Shown: positions 58,861 to 64,000 of the stretch, piece by piece | Layout of the letters: every line of letters begins with the position of its first letter | Position numbering within the stretch: position 1 is the stretch's first letter | Source of the DNA: the human T2T-CHM13v2.0 reference genome, Homo sapiens | DNA: 64,000 nt | Direction: 5' to 3' (one strand) | NCBI RefSeq assembly: GCF_009914755.1 | Contig: NC_060926.1 | The notes under the pieces: model-generated | What the model was told of the DNA's origin: nothing | Database searches by the model: none | What the model saw: the letters and a program-made list of their open reading frames with translations, nothing else | Made by a program: the position numbers and the translations under genes

Positions 58861-61800
58861 GGCGCAATGACGCTGGCGCCACCGTCCTGACTCCCTCAAA
58901 GGGCAGGACCGCATAACTGTGTCGAACAGGCCCAGGTCAGAGAGTGCAGAAGCTGCTCTGTGAGGACCCTGCACGGTCAGCTGGATTTCCCAGTGAGGCA
59001 TGGATGGGGCTTGCTAGTAGGGCCCCAGGCTGCTGGCAGACACTGCCAGTGGACGATGGCCACCATGGGGCCAGGGGTGCTCTGATGAGGTTCATTGAGG
59101 AAGAGACCTTTATCTGCCTGGAAGAGGAGCCTCGAAGGAGCACGAAACATGGGTCCAGGGGAAGGGAGGGAGGTAGGGCAGTCCCATTCCAGCAGCACAC
59201 AGCTTGGAGGTGGGACTTAGCCCACCAGGCTCCAAGGAGAGCACCAGAGCAGCTGGCTGCGGGCACAGGGAGACAAGAGAAAGAGCTGGGAAGCCCAGGC
59301 TGAACCTTGGGCATGGCCAGTGTCTGGCAGGGTTGCGCCAGGGGCACAGACAGCCCCAGGGCTCAGGACTCTGGGAACCAGAGTGGGGACGAGAACTACC
59401 AATCAGGGAATGCCCGCAAGATGCAGACAGTTTTGGCATCTCCTCAGGTAACTCTCACAACAACTCCACTAAAACAGGTACTGTGATCCTGTTTTACAGA
59501 GTTTTCCAGAGCAGGAAATCAAGCTGGAGAGAATACCTGGCTTGGCCCCAGGCCTCATTGAACCCAGAACTGTCTACCACTTTCCATTGCACCAAGCAGA
59601 GAAGAAGAGTGAGTGGGCTGGCTGGAGCAAGGTCTTGTTTTTCTGGAACCCAACCCAAGAGACCTTTGTGTGAGAACTGGTGAGAGTGCCCTGCCCTCTC
59701 CCAGGGCCCTGATGGGGCGGGAGTGCCGGGCAGGAAAGGCAGGTTTCCTGCAGCCTCAGGCTCCGGATCAGCCAGGCCAGACTGAGTCTTTCTGGCACAG
59801 CAGGCTCGTTCTCAGAGCAGCAGCTTCACTGGCCCCCTAGGCAGGAGCGCCCACCCCCGTGACCCTTGGTTTCCCACACTCGGAGTCATTGATGGGTCAA
59901 CACATAGAAGCCACCTTCTCCCAAAGATGTGGTGGAAAGAATGATGGGATTGTCGGATGCAGGTTCTGACGCCCTCCTCCAAGGGGCTTCCTCCACTCAC
60001 CATCATCCTTCTCCAGAGGCGGAAGGTTGTTCTGAGGAGGGGAGGCAGTGGCACAGGTCAGGAGCCCTGCATGTCTGCTTATGAGAATAAGGGGTTCCCG
60101 AGACCCCCTCAACCATCAAAAGACAGAAGTCTGGAAGCCCATGGAGTGAGGGAGAACACAGGAGAAGTGGCCACTGTGGGGCCGCTGAGGTTCTTCCTGA
60201 AGTGTCCGTCAGAGGCTGCGCTGGTGTCTGGTCCTCAGTAGCCCCCTCCACCCCAGCTCCCCAGTGCGGACTGGCAGGGCTAAAGGCCACGTTCTCACAC
60301 TGCTCCTGGAGGTTGGCCAGGCCCCGCCAGCGCCTTTCACAGCCCAGCCTAGAGTGCCTCAGGGTTTGGTCTGAGGGGAATCAGTCAGGTTCAGTTACCT
60401 GCTGTGGCTCACGCAGTCAATGCCTCTTTATTTCCTAGGAAGCCTCACACTTACAGCAATGGCCAGGGACAGACCTGCAGTCCTTTCCAACCAGGCAACC
60501 CACCGTGGGGTCCTGGTGAAAACAGAGAGGTGTCCCCACCACCCGCACTGATGAGCTTGCTCTCAAGACCTTCAGGCCATAACCCCAACTGGGAGTGGGG
60601 ATGGGCCAAAGAGGTATGACCTAACCAGGGACTGGACCTAGCTATTCATTCACAAATACAAGCATGTCTGAGTGTCTACCACCTTCTGGGTGCACGGTTG
60701 GCCCAGGGTATGGTAGCAATTGAACACAGCCTAGAACCGATATGAGCAAGCGAGCTGTGGGCCCCACGGTCTGCACAGTAAGGGAGAGGGCGTCCTTGAC
60801 AGCTCTGGCAGTATGTGGTTTTTGGCCATCATTTTCTGGCCTCTGCTGGAGGTTCGACTAGGGTAGGCCTGAATGTTGGGGCTACTTAGGAAAAGAGACC
60901 CCAAATAGCCCAAGCCACCTGGCTGTCATGGGGTCAGTGACAACATAGTTGTCAGTCCACTCACAGGCCACTGTGGTCAGGGAGGAAAGGTCACAGTGTC
61001 TGCATTAAACCCACATTTGTAGATGGTGACACTCTAGGGCCCCTGCTTTATGATACTTAAGCAATTGCTTGGCTGGAAGAACCCAACAGCCTAAGATGAA
61101 ACCTCCAGACCGCAGCCCTGCCCCAGGGATTCCCTCACTTGGTGTGGCCAGAATAAGGAAGGACTTGCCCTCAGGTCCCCCATCCTGCCATTGCCATGGA
61201 GCCAGGGACTTTAGAGTTTCAGCACTTTAGAAGCATCTGGATGAAGCCTTCCAACCGGAAATCCAGTGCCTCAATCAGTGGGGCAAGGACCACAGGTCAA
61301 GGCCATCCTGCTAGGTGGGACCAGGTAGGGCCAATGCACAGCATAGCTTCTGTGGTCCCCATGAGAATCTCGGGTGTCCTGGAGACTGGGCCTCTGGCCT
61401 CCAGGCTGCCCTCTGCACCCACCCTGCCTGCCACTGCTCTCATCCCTCCAGAGAAGGCTTCTGGGGACCTCCGCTCTTCTGCACACAAGCAGAGGGATGA
61501 GAGTGAGGAACAGGAATGGCCACAGGTTTCTCAGGCATGGGAGAGGCAAAGGCCCCCAAAAGGAGGGCTGAGGCTGTCAGGGTGGGGCCAAGGCTGGGTG
61601 TGCCCTGCCTGAGGGACCTGCTGTGAGCCAGCACAGAACCTGATCATCAAAAGCTTGAGAGATAAGCCACAGGCAGATAAGAAGCTGCATTAAGCTGCAA
61701 ACCTAACAGCCTCGTGACTCACTTCACTCAGTTTCCTCCTGCACCACATAGGCAGAGGAGCCCGGGTGACTGCTGGGGGCTCTTCAGCTGGGGGTGAGAG

Positions 61801-62031
61801 GTCCTCGCAGAGTGACCTTGTTAGAAAGCATGTGGCAGTAGGTGGGGAGTGTCCAGGACACTGAGGCAGCTGGGTAGCAGTGCCAGGGCTGACCCTTGCC
61901 TGCTGTGTGACCTGGGCAAGTTCCTCCAGCTAATCCATAAAACGGGTCCATGATGCCCATCCTCCTCCCAGGCTGAGGGGAAAATCAGGTAGGCCAAAGG
62001 AAGTAGATCTAGTGGGTGAACAGCAGGCTGC

Positions 62032-62482
62032 TGTGTACGTGTGTGTGTGCATGCATATACACACACGCATACACACACAATACATATGCATACCCATGCA
62101 TGCACACACACATACATGTATACATACATACACACACACATGCATACACATACATGCATGGACACACACAAATATACATGCATGTATACATATATACACG
62201 CATACATACACATACATGCACACACACACATACGCACATATATACATACGCACATGCATGCACACATACACATAGACAGACGTGCATGCACACACATATA
62301 CATGCATACGCGCATACATATACACACGTGCATGCATGCACATATACATACATACATAGACACATGCATGCACACATATACATGCATACACATACACACA
62401 TACATACACATACACATGTGCATGCACGCACATATACATACATACATAGACACACGCATGCACACACAGACACAGACACACA
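62032..62482. repeat. About 450-bp degenerate (CA/TA/TG/CG)n alternating purine-pyrimidine tract
   Basis: Read directly. It produces the spurious C/V/M- and H/T-rich ORFs. Confidence 0.95.
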
Positions 62483-62583
62483 CCGGAGGAACTCTCACCC
62501 TATTGTTGGTATATTATTTGGGCCCAGAAGTCAATTGTTGTATAACATGCACAGTCACTATCAAGATAATGTTTCCATAGCCA

Positions 62584-62944
62584 CTGTTATTTACTGAATC
62601 GTGTCCCCCAAAAATTGTATGTTGTAGCCCTAACCTCCTCGTACCTCAGAATGTGACTGCATTTGGAGATGGGGTCTTTAGAGAGGTGGTGAAGTTCAAA
62701 TGAGCCTGTTAGGCTGAGGCCCTAATCCAATGGAACTGGTGGTCTTATAAGAAAGGGAAAGGCCATAGGAGGGCACAGCGAGGAGGCGGCTGTGGCCATC
62801 TGGAGGCAAAGGAGAGAGGCCTCAGAAGGGACCAAACCCGAAACACCTTGATCTCGGACTTCTAGCCTTCAAACTGTGAGAAAATAAACTCCTTCGTTCA
62901 AGCTGCCCAGCCTGCGGTACTTCATTATGGCGAGGGCTAACACA
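62584..62944 (+). mobile_element. MLT1B/C MaLR LTR
   Basis: CTGAATCGTGTCCCCCAAAA..TATGTTG.AGCCCTAACC...ACCTTGATCTCGGACTTCTAGCC..AACTGTGAGAAAATAAA. Confidence 0.85.
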
Positions 62945-63384
62945 GTCACTCAGAGGAGTCCAGTTCAGCCCCCGGGTCTCCCCACTTGTCTTGGCTTCTC
63001 CTCAAGGCATCCCCACAGGCAAGCCTTCCTTGGACCCTTGCTCTGCTGGGCAGGGTCGTGCTCCTCTCCCAGCCTTGACTTTTGAAATGGGGTCACCCTC
63101 ATTGTCTCCAGCCCTCTCATTTCCCTGGCACTGCAGCCTCACTCTGCTCTGCAGCCCGCAGTGGCTGCCTTCTCCTGCCCAGCAGGGCTGGGGCCAGCGT
63201 GGGCTCCCCTCATCGGTGTCACTTGTGGGCCCTCTGTCACTTGACCTCGGTCTTCCTCCTGGCTCATGACCAGATGGAGAACAACTTCAGCAGGGCTTGG
63301 CAAGTGCTCCCGAGGCTGGCTTCTCAGATTTCTTTTAGAAATCTGACTGGGGTTTCCATTCCTCGTCCAGCTGACCAGGCACTG

Positions 63385-63728
63385 AGGAGGAGCCCGGAGG
63401 TGGAGGTCAGGAGCAGCTGGAAGAGCAGGAGGAGCCCGGAGGTGGAGGTCAGGAGCAGCTGGAAGAGCAGGAGGAGCCCAGAGGTGGAGGTCAGGAGCAG
63501 CTGGAAGAGCAGGAGGATCCCGGAGGTGGAGGTCAGGAGCAGCTGGAAGAGCAGGAGGAGCCCAGAGGTGGAGGTCAGGAGCAGCTGGAGGAGCAGGAGG
63601 AGCCCGGAGGTGGAGGTCAGGAGCAGCTGGAGGAGCAGGGGGAGCCCGGAGGTGGAGGTCAGGAGCAGCTGGAGGAGCAGGAGGAGCCCGGAGGTGGAGG
63701 TCAGGAGCAGCTGGAAGATCAGGAGGAG
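63385..63728. repeat. 42-bp minisatellite (VNTR), 8 copies plus a partial
   Basis: Unit AGGAGGAGCCCGGAGGTGGAGGTCAGGAGCAGCTGGAAGAGC, copies nearly identical. Confidence 0.97.
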
Positions 63729-64000
63729 GGTGGGGTGGCTCATCTCTCCTCAGGCCTGGCCTGGGCCACATCCCTTCGGCCCAATCCCAGAACTGGGAGC
63801 CCTGCTGGAAACAGCTGTCCCTGCTCAGCATGGCCGCTGACTGGCTGACCTCCTGGCCCAGCAGTCCCCAAGGTGGCCTTTCCACTGGGGAACAAGGAGC
63901 TCAGCCCAAGGTCCAGAGCCTCATCACTGTGGTGGGAACGAGCACTGGGCCACGGGGATGCTCATGCCTCTGAGGGGTCCCTGCCGGGCTGGAGAGGAAG

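Noticed and set aside
58860-58895. CTCF-like GGTGGCGC core on the minus strand in a small CpG cluster
   Set aside because: The 5' half of the CTCF motif matches poorly, so it cannot be called from sequence alone.
58937-61634. Many overlapping 60-160 aa ORFs in GC-rich unique sequence
   Set aside because: Expected from stop-codon scarcity at high GC. No recognisable domains or consistent splice structure, though small exons of a gene outside the window cannot be excluded.
61821-62597. Six overlapping ORFs of 87-225 aa rich in C/V/M or H/T
   Set aside because: Products of the (CA/TG)n-like low-complexity tract, with no domain or exon structure.
63385-63728. CRISPR-like array
   Set aside because: Head-to-tail tandem units with no unique spacers, eukaryotic context and no cas genes.

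Overview
Primate (human-like) repeat-rich genomic DNA. I can support no intact protein-coding gene, RNA gene or CRISPR array. Most ORFs in the track come from Alu, low-complexity or GC-rich sequence. Main contents: about 25 Alus; L1, L2 and MIR fragments; MaLR/ERVL LTRs; Charlie1, Tigger3, MER1B and MER33 DNA transposons; a two-LTR non-autonomous HERV-H provirus (28107-33670) nested in an Alu inside an MST LTR; solo LTRs with target-site duplications (TSDs) (LTR10C-like with a consensus p53 element, LTR47-like, LTR12); a MER65-like proviral 3' end carrying an inverted U5+PBS segment; a TSD-flanked processed pseudogene of a Myb/SANT-like gene resembling MSANTD5; an ancient local duplication with one direct and one inverted part (41.6-47.4 kb); several fold-back or templated micro-insertions; an unexplained exact 22-bp repeat 2963 bp apart; and a 42-bp x8 VNTR. 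Repeat family names come from recalled consensus sequences, and boundaries of old repeats are approximate. Both need RepeatMasker/Dfam confirmation. I found no convincing new biological system, only candidate regulatory arrangements and unusual mutational fossils.
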